This document shows, piece by piece, positions 47,956 to 57,218 of a DNA stretch of 64,000 nucleotides. A program made the position numbers and the translations under genes. Position 1 is the first letter of the stretch; each line of letters begins with the position of its first letter. A model generated the notes under the pieces. The model worked only from the letters and a program-made list of their open reading frames with translations. It made no database searches and had not been told where the DNA came from. Where the stretch lies: NCBI GenBank assembly GCA_051251915.1, contig JBPOGF010000004.1, positions 64,001-128,000 of the forward strand, read 5' to 3'. Origin of the DNA: Akkermansiaceae bacterium. Lineage in GTDB: Bacteria; Verrucomicrobiota; Verrucomicrobiia; Verrucomicrobiales; Akkermansiaceae.

Positions 47956-48977
47956 GGGACGACGCGGAGGATGGTGGCTTCTAGGGTGAGGGCGATGAGG
48001 AGGGAGGCGAAGGCGATGAGGAGGGGGAGCCAGTAGTATTCTGACTGGACTTGGTAGGAGCGGGTGGAGAATTCTGCGCGTTCGAGTTGGTCGATTTCAG
48101 CGTAGACGTTGAGGAGGGATTGGTAGTCTGAGGCTTGGCGGAAGATGCCGTCGGTTTGCTGGCTGATGTGGTGGAGGGTTTGTTCTGCGGGGGTGAGGTT
48201 TTCTGTAGCTGAGGGATTTGGTTGGTCTGTGTCTGCGTCTCTGATGCTGATGGTGTAGATTTTGCAGCCCCATTCTTTAGCTAGGCCTGCGGCTTCTTCT
48301 GGGAGGTGGGCGCCGGAGTTGTTTTCGCCATCTGTTAGGAGGATGATGACGCGGGATTTTACGGAGTCGATGTCTGCTTGGAAGTCTCCGTGTTTGAGTT
48401 CATCGAGTTTTTTGAGTCGGGCGGCGGCGAGGGCGAGTGCGTCACCGTAGGCGGTGCCGTCTTCGTTGGGGCGTTCTTGGATTTCTAGGTTGTCGACGAT
48501 CTGGACGAGGGCCTCGTGGCCAAATGTTAGAGGGCTGCGGGTGTCTGCGTAGCGGGCGAAGGTGATGAGGCCGATGAGGTCGCCGGTTCTGCCTTTGAGG
48601 GTTTCTCCATCGCCAGCGATGAAGCGGCTTACCATTTTCTTGGCGACTTCCATGCGTGAGGTTTTCTCGTCTTCAAAGCCTTTGATGTTCATGTTCATGC
48701 TGGAGGAGACGTCTACTAGCATCTGGATGGCGATGCCTTCTGAGAGGTCTAGTGAGCGCTGGGTGGTCCATTGTGGGCGGGCGAGTGCGACGAGGATGGA
48801 GATGATGGCGATGCGTCTGAGGGTGATGGGGATCCAGAGGTAGCGGGCTTTGCCGGATTCTTTATCTGGCCAGAGGGTGAGTGAGGGGACGGAGACGGAG
48901 GAGCGGTCGCGTCTGCGGCGGATGAGCCAGAGGGCGAGGGGGATGAGGGCGAGGAGCCATGGGTAGAGGAAGGTCAT
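47952..48977 (-). CDS. batA: BatA-like VWA domain protein
   Basis: F.YPWLL N-terminus, ALARPQ, DVSSSM, GTAYGD, LLTDGENNSG. Confidence 0.85.
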   Translation of the reverse strand: MTFLYPWLLALIPLALWLIRRRRDRSSVSVPSLTLWPDKESGKARYLWIPITLRRIAIISILVALARPQWTTQRSLDLSEGIAIQMLVDVSSSMNMNIKGFEDEKTSRMEVAKKMVSRFIAGDGETLKGRTGDLIGLITFARYADTRSPLTFGHEALVQIVDNLEIQERPNEDGTAYGDALALAAARLKKLDELKHGDFQADIDSVKSRVIILLTDGENNSGAHLPEEAAGLAKEWGCKIYTISIRDADTDQPNPSATENLTPAEQTLHHISQQTDGIFRQASDYQSLLNVYAEIDQLERAEFSTRSYQVQSEYYWLPLLIAFASLLIALTLEATILRVVP

Positions 48978-49711
48978 GGTTGGTCCTCCTTTGTGAGAGA
49001 ATTTAGTAGATCTGTGGGGGAGAAGGTGGGGTTGTAGAGGGCTTTTTCGATGAGTGTTCTTTGTGTTTCTGTTAGATTGTTAGATGGGGTCTCAAGGAGT
49101 TGGTAGCAGAGGGTTTCTGGGATGGTTCCTTTGGTGAGTTCTGTTTTTAGGGTGTTTAGTGAGAGGGTGGGTGTTGGTTCTGCTGGTGGTGTTGATTTGA
49201 GTTTATTTGTTTTGATGATGTAGGTGCATAGGAAGGCGGGGATGATGAGGAGGAGCCATACGTAGGGATTGGAGGGAGTGTTGGCCGTTTTGGTGGGGAA
49301 GGGTGCGGGCGTTAGGTCTTGGTCTAGTGAGTCGTAGGTGGATACTGTTAGGGTGAGGGGATTTAGTTCTAGTGGGGTGTTGTTAGGGGTAAGGTTTGAG
49401 GTGGCGGTGATGTTGGAGAGGGTGTGTTGGCCGGGGGCGATGGCTTGGAGGATGTAGAGGTGGGTTTGGGTGTATTGGTTATCGCTGAGTGTTACTGGGG
49501 TTGTTTCTTTGGCGATGAGTTGGAGGTTTTTGTTTTTGGGGATGGAGAGGGTGAATTCTTGGTAGGTTGGGGTGGTGGTGGTGGCTTTGAGTTCTACGAG
49601 GTCGCCGGGGAGGCAGGTGGTGGGGGTGAGTTCAAGGTGGATCTCATTTTCTGCTTGAGAGATCATGGTGGAGAGGATGAGGGTGAGCAGTATTTGGAGA
49701 ATATTCTGCAT
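48974..49711 (-). CDS. Hypothetical Bat-operon protein (signal peptide, Ig-like domain, TM helix)
   Basis: Position between DUF58 and batA with overlapping stop/start. Confidence 0.7.
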   Translation of the reverse strand: MQNILQILLTLILSTMISQAENEIHLELTPTTCLPGDLVELKATTTTPTYQEFTLSIPKNKNLQLIAKETTPVTLSDNQYTQTHLYILQAIAPGQHTLSNITATSNLTPNNTPLELNPLTLTVSTYDSLDQDLTPAPFPTKTANTPSNPYVWLLLIIPAFLCTYIIKTNKLKSTPPAEPTPTLSLNTLKTELTKGTIPETLCYQLLETPSNNLTETQRTLIEKALYNPTFSPTDLLNSLTKEDQP

Positions 49712-49715
49712 GATT

Positions 49716-50567
49716 TTATCCTTCGAGGTGTTGCTTGGAGTGGAAGAATGCTGCGAGGGATTCTACTGGGTCTTGGCCGATGGTGTGGTCTAGGAGGTTT
49801 ACTCCGGAGTCTAACATTTTTTGGTTCAGGGTGGTGGTGTGGTTTGAGATGTTGGGTTGTTTGGTGAGGTCGATTACTTTTTGGGTATCGGTTTCTGCGT
49901 CTTGCATGCGGATGAGGCCGGAGAGGTTGGATGCGGTGATTTCTGGGTCTGTTAGATTTATGGCGTTGATGTCGTGGCGGAAGGCTAGGGCTTGGAGTTC
50001 ATCGATGTAGTCATCTGTTAGGAAGTCTGAGACGACGAATGCGACGGAGTGTTTTCTGGCCATGTGGCCGAATCTGGCGAGCATGGTGACGAAGTCTGTG
50101 CCTTTGCTGGTGGGCTGGAAGTTCATGAGTGCGTCCATGATGCGCATGGCGTGGGATCTGCCTTTGCCAGGTGGGATGATGTGCTCGATCTGGTCTGTGA
50201 AGAGGATGAGGCCTACGCGGTCTTGGTTTTTGATGGCGGCCATGGTGAGGAGTGAGCAGATCTCGACCATGGCTGCTCTTTTACTTCCATTTGGGTCGTG
50301 GAGCATGGAGGCTGAGAGGTCTACGAGGAGGTAGAAGTATTGTTCGCGTTCTTCGATGTAGCGTTTGATGTGGGGTTCACCGGTGCGTGCGGTGACTTTC
50401 CAGTCCATGGTGCGGACGTCGTCTCCGGGTTGGTAGGCGCGGACGTCTTCGAACTCGATGCCTCGGCCTTTGAAGACGGAGCGGTATTCGCCGGCTAGTA
50501 GGTGCTCTACTGGCTTGCGGCATTTTAGCTCTAGTAGGTTTAGGCGATGTTCTGCTTCACTTAGCAC
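49716..50567 (-). CDS. DUF58 family protein
   Basis: GEYRSVFKGRGIEFEDVRAYQPGDDVRTMDWKVTAR, DLSASM, SDF. Confidence 0.93.
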   Translation of the reverse strand: MLSEAEHRLNLLELKCRKPVEHLLAGEYRSVFKGRGIEFEDVRAYQPGDDVRTMDWKVTARTGEPHIKRYIEEREQYFYLLVDLSASMLHDPNGSKRAAMVEICSLLTMAAIKNQDRVGLILFTDQIEHIIPPGKGRSHAMRIMDALMNFQPTSKGTDFVTMLARFGHMARKHSVAFVVSDFLTDDYIDELQALAFRHDINAINLTDPEITASNLSGLIRMQDAETDTQKVIDLTKQPNISNHTTTLNQKMLDSGVNLLDHTIGQDPVESLAAFFHSKQHLEG

Positions 50568-50576
50568 GAGGTTGAA

Positions 50577-51545
50577 TTATGAGACGTTGATGGGGACTTG
50601 TTTGAGGATGGTTTCTAGGAGGTCATCCGATGTGATGGCGGCGGCTTCTGCGCGGTAGCTGATGGCGATGCGGTGGCGGAGGATGTCGTGCGCTACGTCT
50701 TTGACGTCTTGGGGGGTGGTGTAGTCACGGCCGTTCATGACGGCTTGGCCACGGGCGGCGAGGGAGAGGAAGATGGAGGCGCGTGGGGAGGCGCCGAAGC
50801 GGATGTATGGGGCGATGTCTTCTTGGAGGTCGTATTTATCTGGGTGACGGGTGGCGTCTACGATGCGGAGGAGGTAGCGTTCGATTTTCTCGTCGATCTG
50901 GACTTTTTCTAGCTCGGTGCGGAGCTGCATGAGTTCGGCGATGGTGATGACGGGTTCGATTTCTAACTGGGGTTCTGTTTTTGCCATGCGCTGGATGATG
51001 AGGAGTTCTTCTTCCATGGATGGGTAGTCGACTTTGAGTTTGAACATGAAGCGGTCGACCTGGGCTTCTGGGAGCATGTAGGTGCCTTCTTGTTCGACTG
51101 GGTTTTGGGTGGCTAGGACGAGGAAGGGTTTGGGGAGGAGGAATGTTTCTCTGCCGAGGGTGACTTGTTTTTCCGCCATGGCTTCTAGGAGTGCGGACTG
51201 GACTTTTGCTGGTGCGCGGTTGATCTCGTCTGCGAGGAGGAAGTTGGCGAAGATGGGGCCTTTTTCTGGGGTGAAGGTGTGGTTGCGGGGGTCGTAGACT
51301 AGGGTTCCTGTGAGGTCACCGGGGAGGAGGTCTGGGGTGAACTGGACGCGTGAGAAGTCTGCTTTGACGGCTTTTGCGAGGGTGTTGATGGTGAGTGTCT
51401 TGGCTACGCCTGGGACGCCTTCGAGGAGGACGTGGCCGTTGCAGAGGAGTGCGAGGAGGAGTCGCTCGACGAGGGTTTCTTGGCCGACTACGACTTGTGC
51501 TACTCGGTCACGGATGGTTTGTAGGGTGTCTGATATTAATGGCAT
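50577..51545 (-). CDS. moxR: MoxR-family AAA+ ATPase
   Basis: LLEGVPGVAKT, QFTPDLLP, DEINRAPAKVQSALLEAM, ATQNP.EQEGTY.LPEAQ.DRF, GASPR. Confidence 0.95.
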   Translation of the reverse strand: MPLISDTLQTIRDRVAQVVVGQETLVERLLLALLCNGHVLLEGVPGVAKTLTINTLAKAVKADFSRVQFTPDLLPGDLTGTLVYDPRNHTFTPEKGPIFANFLLADEINRAPAKVQSALLEAMAEKQVTLGRETFLLPKPFLVLATQNPVEQEGTYMLPEAQVDRFMFKLKVDYPSMEEELLIIQRMAKTEPQLEIEPVITIAELMQLRTELEKVQIDEKIERYLLRIVDATRHPDKYDLQEDIAPYIRFGASPRASIFLSLAARGQAVMNGRDYTTPQDVKDVAHDILRHRIAISYRAEAAAITSDDLLETILKQVPINVS

Positions 51546-51676
51546 AAGCTAGAGTGAAGAGATAGCTTAGGGGGAGGAGGTAATACAGAAAATTTTTTGG
51601 TAAAAACGTGTGGTGATGCTTGGGGGAGAGGGTGAAAAGGGTTTACTCTGGGGTGGGAGTTGGGTAGGTTTTGAGC

Positions 51677-52222
51677 ATGGGACTAGATGGAGTAGAGATG
51701 ATTTTGGCGGTAGAGGCGGAGTTTGAGATTAGTATTTCTGATGGGGATGCTGAGAGGATGGTTACGGCTAGGGATCTGATAGAGGCGGTTTGCAGTAAGT
51801 TGGATGTGGGGGATGATGAGCTTGGGGTGGGGAGTGGTGTTTCTGAGCGTGCGTTTTTTAAGGTGAGGAGTGAGTTGGTGAGGGTTGTGGGGGTGGAGCG
51901 TGGGGAGGTGCGGTTAGAGACTGGGATGGAGGAGTTGTTTCCTAGGTTTAAGGGGGGGGGGAAGTGGAGGTTGTTTGTTGGGAGGATTGGTTTAGATGGG
52001 GTGCCTTGGTATGGGTCTTGGTTGAGTGGGCATAGTGCGCCTCGGTCTGTTAGAGATGTGGTGGAGAGATTGGTGGAGAGGAATCCGGCGTGGTTGAGCG
52101 GGTATGGGAGGTGGAGTAGGAGGCTGGTGAGGGAACGGGTAAGGGAGATTATTTCTGGGCAATTGGGGGTGCGGGATTTTGATGATGGGGATGAGTTGGT
52201 GCGGGATCTGGGGATGGGGTAG
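51677..52222 (+). CDS. Acyl-carrier-protein-like protein (permuted, no Ser at the LD-S site)
   Basis: MGLDGVEMILAVEAEFEISISD N-terminus; VREIISGQLGV...DELVRDLGM C-terminus. Confidence 0.7.
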   Translation: MGLDGVEMILAVEAEFEISISDGDAERMVTARDLIEAVCSKLDVGDDELGVGSGVSERAFFKVRSELVRVVGVERGEVRLETGMEELFPRFKGGGKWRLFVGRIGLDGVPWYGSWLSGHSAPRSVRDVVERLVERNPAWLSGYGRWSRRLVRERVREIISGQLGVRDFDDGDELVRDLGMG

Positions 52223-52234
52223 GGTGGTGAATGG

Positions 52235-53944
52235 TTACTTGTTAGTGGGGTTGGTGGTTACTGTGAGTTGTGGGAATGGGATGGTCCAGTGGTTCTGGTT
52301 GCATGCGTCTAGGCAACCTTGTTGGAGTGCGCGACTGATGGGGAGGCGGCGGTCATCTGTGGATCCTGCTAGCTTGGCTACTACGATGTAGTCTAGGGAT
52401 GATGTGTTGGCTTCTTTGAAGGCTGCGAATACTACTTCTAGTTCTTCTTCTTGGCAGTGTTTTAAGACTTTAGTGCGGACGCATTTGGCGAATGTGTCTG
52501 CTACCATTTCGTAGTCGAGTGACTGGTGTGAGTAGTCTATGCCGAAGGTGGTGGCGAGGGCGTAGCCGTGTGAGAGGTTGGTGGGGTGAAGGGCGAGGTA
52601 GTCTGCGGTGGGGATGGTTTTGGTGTGGCCGCCTGGATCCTGGATGCAGACGCGTTCTGGGCTTTGGTAGGTGATCTGGCCGTAGGTTTGGTCTGAGAGG
52701 ACTGCCCAGTCTCCGGTTTTGGTGACGAACCATGGCTCGTTTTCGATGACGCTGCGCATGCGTAGTTCTCCTAGCTCATCTATGGTGATACGGACGGTGC
52801 TGTTTGTTAGCCAGGGGTTCTCGATGAGGGGGAAGTAGCCTAGTGACCTGACCTCGTAGGGGAGACCGTTCCAAGTGACGCGTTCTCCTTGGCGGACTTG
52901 ACCGAGATTGAGGAGTAGTTGGAGTTTGTTGTAGCCTTCGACGATGGCTTTTTTTGCTCCCCAGAGCATACCAATGATGAAGATGATGGCTAGGGTTATG
53001 AGGAGCCAGTCATCAAATGCGAGGAAGAGCATGACGACGATGGCGATAGTGGCGACGGCTCTAAATAATAGGAATAAGAGTTCTGTGACTCTGAATGAGA
53101 CGCTTGATCCAACTTTTCCGTATCGACCAATCCTGCGGAATAGTTTGCGGTGGACTAGGGCTAGTAGGAAGAAGGTGGTGAATGCGGCGAGGAGTGCGAG
53201 GAGGATAATGAGGCCGCGGCCTTTGATGAAATCTAGGACGCTATCTAGTAGCTGTTCGGTCCAGCTTTTTTGGACTGCTAGTCTTGATTGTAGACGGATT
53301 TTGTTGGTTGCAATTTTGGCATTTAAGGTGGCAATTTCGCCGGTGATTCGTTTGTCGAGATCATCTAGGACATCTAGGATTTCTTGGTCTTGGATGTTGT
53401 TTCTCTGCTGTTCAATGCGTTTTAGCGATAGTTTAAGAGTTGTTTTACGTCTTTCTTGGCTTGAGATGGAGCTGCGAAGGTCTGACAGGGCGCGGGCATC
53501 TTTGGATGCTTCTTTGAGTTCATCTACGAGGGGCTTTGCTAGGTTGTTGAATTCATCATTGAGGTTGAAGTCTTCTTCTATTTGCTCTGCAGTGGCTGCT
53601 TCTACTCCAGCAGATACTTCACGAATACGTTGCTTGACGTTTTCTAGGTCATTTTTGACGCGCTCTAGAGTGGCTTTAGCGTGTGTGATTGCTTCTTGGT
53701 CTGGTTGATTGGTGGTTTCTAGTGATGTGATTTTTAGTTCTATGTCTAGTTGCTGTTCACGTAGATCTTGGAAGGATTCTAGGATGGTGTTTATTCCGAG
53801 AGGTTTCTCTGTGTTTTCTGTTTTCTCCTGGGTCTCTGAAGTTGAGGGAGAGCCAAAACTCTGGAGTGAGGTTAGGTGTAATAGCAGCGAGAGGGTGATG
53901 ACCCAAAATGTGCCTTTAGGAGAAGAAATCATACGATAAGACAA
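52235..53944 (-). CDS. MscS-like mechanosensitive channel with N-terminal periplasmic coiled coil
   Basis: Signal peptide, coiled coil, TM bundle, GDWAVL, FGIDY, terminal IPFPQ. Confidence 0.7.
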   Translation of the reverse strand: MSYRMISSPKGTFWVITLSLLLHLTSLQSFGSPSTSETQEKTENTEKPLGINTILESFQDLREQQLDIELKITSLETTNQPDQEAITHAKATLERVKNDLENVKQRIREVSAGVEAATAEQIEEDFNLNDEFNNLAKPLVDELKEASKDARALSDLRSSISSQERRKTTLKLSLKRIEQQRNNIQDQEILDVLDDLDKRITGEIATLNAKIATNKIRLQSRLAVQKSWTEQLLDSVLDFIKGRGLIILLALLAAFTTFFLLALVHRKLFRRIGRYGKVGSSVSFRVTELLFLLFRAVATIAIVVMLFLAFDDWLLITLAIIFIIGMLWGAKKAIVEGYNKLQLLLNLGQVRQGERVTWNGLPYEVRSLGYFPLIENPWLTNSTVRITIDELGELRMRSVIENEPWFVTKTGDWAVLSDQTYGQITYQSPERVCIQDPGGHTKTIPTADYLALHPTNLSHGYALATTFGIDYSHQSLDYEMVADTFAKCVRTKVLKHCQEEELEVVFAAFKEANTSSLDYIVVAKLAGSTDDRRLPISRALQQGCLDACNQNHWTIPFPQLTVTTNPTNK

Positions 53945-54118
53945 ACATATAGTGTGCCAGATCCACAGCTGACTTTAGTATTTGGAATTGAGGTGTTATG
54001 TTGGTTTTTTAATTGTGAAGGTAGATGGGGTGTATGATTTTGTGCAGTATTTGGATTTATTTTGAGACTAAGCCTGCTCTGGACAAGTTGGTGGTTTCGA
54101 TTTAGAGGTAGGGGACGA

Positions 54119-56029
54119 ATGAATGTGTTGAGAAAATATTGGGGAGTTTTGGCGGCGGTGCTGAGTGGGGTGATGCTGGCGATGTGTTTTCCTGGGTATG
54201 ATGTGGGTGGATTTGTGTGGGTGTGGGCGATGCCGTTGATGGTGGCGCTGTGGAGTGGTGTGGGGGAGAGGAAGTTGAAGCGGAGAGGATTTTTTGTGGG
54301 TTGGATGAGTGGGGTGGTGTTTTGGTTGATGACGGTGAATTGGTTGTTGGCGATGGGGGAGCTGGATACGGTGCCGGCGGTGGGGGCTTGGTTTGCTTGG
54401 ATTGGGTTGAGTGTTTATTTGGCTTTGTATTTTGGGGTATGGGGGATATTTCTGGCGACTGTGGGGAATCCTTGGAGGGGTAAAAATGTTGATGTTGTTG
54501 AGGGGAAGAAGTCGCGGATTGATGTGTTGGTGGAGGAGAAGTTGGCTGGGGATAAGAAGGGGAAGAGGTTTGATTTGATGGGTGGGTTTGGGACTTCGAT
54601 GCGGGTGATGAGGTTTGCGGTGATGCATGCGAGTTTGTGGGTGGTGTTGGAGTGGTTGCGGGGGTGGTTGTTTACGGGGTTTACTTGGAATGGTTTGGGG
54701 GTGGCGTTTCATGAGAATGCGACGATGGCTCAGGCGGCGGATTTGGTGGGTGTTGTGGGGTTGTCGTTTTTGCCGATGTTGGTTTGTAGTATGTTGGTGC
54801 AGCTTGGGAAGCGGCTGGTGGATGAGGCTCGGGATGGGGGTAAATTTAAGGCGCACTGGGAGATAGCATTTACTGTGGGGTTGGTGGCGATGAGCTTTGT
54901 TTATGGGGTGGTGAAGATGGGGGAGTGTAGGCAGAGTGAGAAGTTGGCTGTGAGGGTGCTGTTGTTACAGCCGAATATTTCTCAGAATGATAAGTGGGGG
55001 GATGAGATTCAACAGGTGAAGAATTATGAGTGGTTTGCGCGGGAGGTGATGGAGGCGTTTGGGACGATGCAGAATGATGCGATTGAGAGGTCAGCGGAGA
55101 CTGGGGAGGCGCAGGAGCCTGAGGTGCCGGATGTGGTGATCTTGCCGGAGAGTGCGTTAACTCATGGGTTGATTTATGAGGATACGATTAAGAATGCATT
55201 TTTGTTGCCGATGGCGGATCAGATTTTGCGGTATGATTTGTTAGATAGGGGTGAGCATTCGGTGATCTTTGGGTCTAACTTTTATGAGGGGGAGACGCAG
55301 GATTATGGGATGGGACCGCAGATAGGGATGAAGATGGGGGGGAGAGATTATAATGCGATAGCGATAGCTGGGCCTCGGGTGGAGGTGGAGAATGTGGATG
55401 ATGATGAGAAGAATTATGCGGTGAGTAAGTTGGATATTTATGGGAAGGTGCATTTGGTTCCGTTTGGGGAGTATTTTCCTGATATTCCTTTTAGGGATGG
55501 TATTTATGGGGCGTTGTATGGGTCGAATCCTGGGTCGAATTTTACGAAGGGGACGAGTTTTGATCCGTTGCCATTGCAGGTGGGGGATGTGGAGGTGGGG
55601 GTGATTCCGGCGGTTTGTTTTGAGGATAGTGTGGGGCGGGTGACTAGGAAATTTGTGAGGGATGCGCCGCAGATGATTGTGAATGTGACGAATGATGGTT
55701 GGTTTGGGGAGAGTAAGGCGGCGAGGCAGCATATGGCGAATGCGAGGTTTAGGGCGATAGAGCTGCGTAGGCCGATGGTGCGGTGTGCGAATACGGGGGT
55801 GAGTTGTATCATTGATACTGCTGGTGGTGTGGTGGATGATGTGACGAAGAGGAGGCAGGTGCTGGAGGATGCGAATGGGAGTATTTTTACTGATGGGAAT
55901 CTGTTTGGTCACGTACGGGTGCCGGTGAATCCGAGGTGGACGTTGTATGCGCTGGCGGGTGATTGGTTTGTGATTTTGTGTGCCTTTATGGGGGTGGGTA
56001 TGATAGTGATAGGTAGAGGTAAGAATTAG
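54119..56029 (+). CDS. lnt: Apolipoprotein N-acyltransferase
   Basis: WVVLEWLRGWLFTGFTW, QPNI, PES (Glu), K.HLVPFGEY (Lys), VCFED (Cys), TNDGWFG, RAIE.RRP..R.ANTGVS. Confidence 0.95.
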   Translation: MNVLRKYWGVLAAVLSGVMLAMCFPGYDVGGFVWVWAMPLMVALWSGVGERKLKRRGFFVGWMSGVVFWLMTVNWLLAMGELDTVPAVGAWFAWIGLSVYLALYFGVWGIFLATVGNPWRGKNVDVVEGKKSRIDVLVEEKLAGDKKGKRFDLMGGFGTSMRVMRFAVMHASLWVVLEWLRGWLFTGFTWNGLGVAFHENATMAQAADLVGVVGLSFLPMLVCSMLVQLGKRLVDEARDGGKFKAHWEIAFTVGLVAMSFVYGVVKMGECRQSEKLAVRVLLLQPNISQNDKWGDEIQQVKNYEWFAREVMEAFGTMQNDAIERSAETGEAQEPEVPDVVILPESALTHGLIYEDTIKNAFLLPMADQILRYDLLDRGEHSVIFGSNFYEGETQDYGMGPQIGMKMGGRDYNAIAIAGPRVEVENVDDDEKNYAVSKLDIYGKVHLVPFGEYFPDIPFRDGIYGALYGSNPGSNFTKGTSFDPLPLQVGDVEVGVIPAVCFEDSVGRVTRKFVRDAPQMIVNVTNDGWFGESKAARQHMANARFRAIELRRPMVRCANTGVSCIIDTAGGVVDDVTKRRQVLEDANGSIFTDGNLFGHVRVPVNPRWTLYALAGDWFVILCAFMGVGMIVIGRGKN

Positions 56030-56061
56030 GAATTTAGAATTTAGAATTAGGAATTAGGAAT
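56023..56061. repeat. Heptamer mini-array (GAATTAG/GAATTTA)
   Basis: GAATTAG GAATTTA GAATTTA GAATTAG GAATTAG GAAT; first unit supplies the lnt stop. Confidence 0.85.
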
Positions 56062-56067
56062 ATTTAT

Positions 56068-56685
56068 ATGAAGGAGATTAAAGGGAAGAGATGGATGATT
56101 CCGTTTTACGGGTTGGCGCTGGTTTTGTTGTTGGTGTTGGGGAGTGTGTTGGTTGTGTCGCATCCGGTTGTTTGGGAGAAGGTGCATCGGTCAGCGATGG
56201 GGGATAAGCTTAAGGAGGTGCATTATGAGGATGCGAATAGGATCACTGGTGGGTTGTGGACGGAGGAGCCGTATCAGGAGATTTCTGATAGTTTGAAGTA
56301 TAGGAAGATGAACTCGAAGGAGGTGGCTCATTATGAGGATGTGCGTGAGCTGTTAGGGACTGCGCGGGTGGTGCTGGGGGTAAGTTTTGTGGTTATTTTG
56401 GTGGGGTGTGTGCTGGTGGGATGGAGGAGGGTTTGGGGTTCTGGGTTTGCTAGTTTTGTTTTGCTAGGGATGGTTGCGGGTGTGTGGATGATGATTCATT
56501 GGCATAGTTTGTTTAAGGCGTTGCACTGGGTGATTTTTATGGATGATTCTTGGAAGTTGCCGAATAAGAGTTATAGTTTGGGGTTGTTTCCGCATAAGGT
56601 TTGGCAGCTAGCGGGTGGGGTGATTGGCTTGTTGGTGCTGGTTCCGTTGTTGATTCCTATTTTTATTAGGAAGAGAGAGAAGTAA
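56068..56685 (+). CDS. DUF1461/TIGR01906-like membrane protein (Lit-like lipoprotein intramolecular transacylase)
   Basis: E..HYEDV and F..LH...F....W.L....S....LFP motifs with a 4-TM layout. Confidence 0.7.
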   Translation: MKEIKGKRWMIPFYGLALVLLLVLGSVLVVSHPVVWEKVHRSAMGDKLKEVHYEDANRITGGLWTEEPYQEISDSLKYRKMNSKEVAHYEDVRELLGTARVVLGVSFVVILVGCVLVGWRRVWGSGFASFVLLGMVAGVWMMIHWHSLFKALHWVIFMDDSWKLPNKSYSLGLFPHKVWQLAGGVIGLLVLVPLLIPIFIRKREK

Positions 56686-56702
56686 ATTTAAGAGAAAAAA
56701 TT

Positions 56703-57212
56703 ATGGCTATAGAAACTTACGAAGGGCATTCGCCTGAGATTCATGAGAGTGCGTTTATTGCGCGTAGTGCGGACCTTATTGGCAGGGTGACTGTGGAGGA
56801 TGAGGCGAGTGTTTGGTATAATGCGACGTTGCGCGGGGATATTAATGAGATTGTGATTGGGCCTAAGTCTAATGTGCAGGATAATGTGGTGATCCATTTG
56901 TCTGATGATTTTGGGACTTATTTGGGTGAGCTTGTGACGATAGGGCATAGTGCGATCATTCATGCTGCTACGGTGAAGGATGAGGTGCTGGTGGGGATGG
57001 GTGCTTGTATTCTGGATGGTGCGGTGATTGGCGAGCGGTCTATTATTGGGGCGCAGGCGTTGGTGACTGGTGGGATGGTGATTCCTCCGGGGTCGTTGGT
57101 GCTGGGGAGTCCGGCGAGGGTGGTGAAGACGTTGGATTTGCAGGCTCAGGGGGAGATTAAGAAGTGGGCTGAGAAGTATGTGCGGAATTCACGTAAGTTT
57201 ATGGCGCGGTAA
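56703..57212 (+). CDS. Gamma carbonic anhydrase family protein
   Basis: LRGD, SNVQDN..IH, TIGH.AIIH hexapeptide repeats. Confidence 0.93.
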   Translation: MAIETYEGHSPEIHESAFIARSADLIGRVTVEDEASVWYNATLRGDINEIVIGPKSNVQDNVVIHLSDDFGTYLGELVTIGHSAIIHAATVKDEVLVGMGACILDGAVIGERSIIGAQALVTGGMVIPPGSLVLGSPARVVKTLDLQAQGEIKKWAEKYVRNSRKFMAR

Positions 57213-57218
57213 TGTTTC

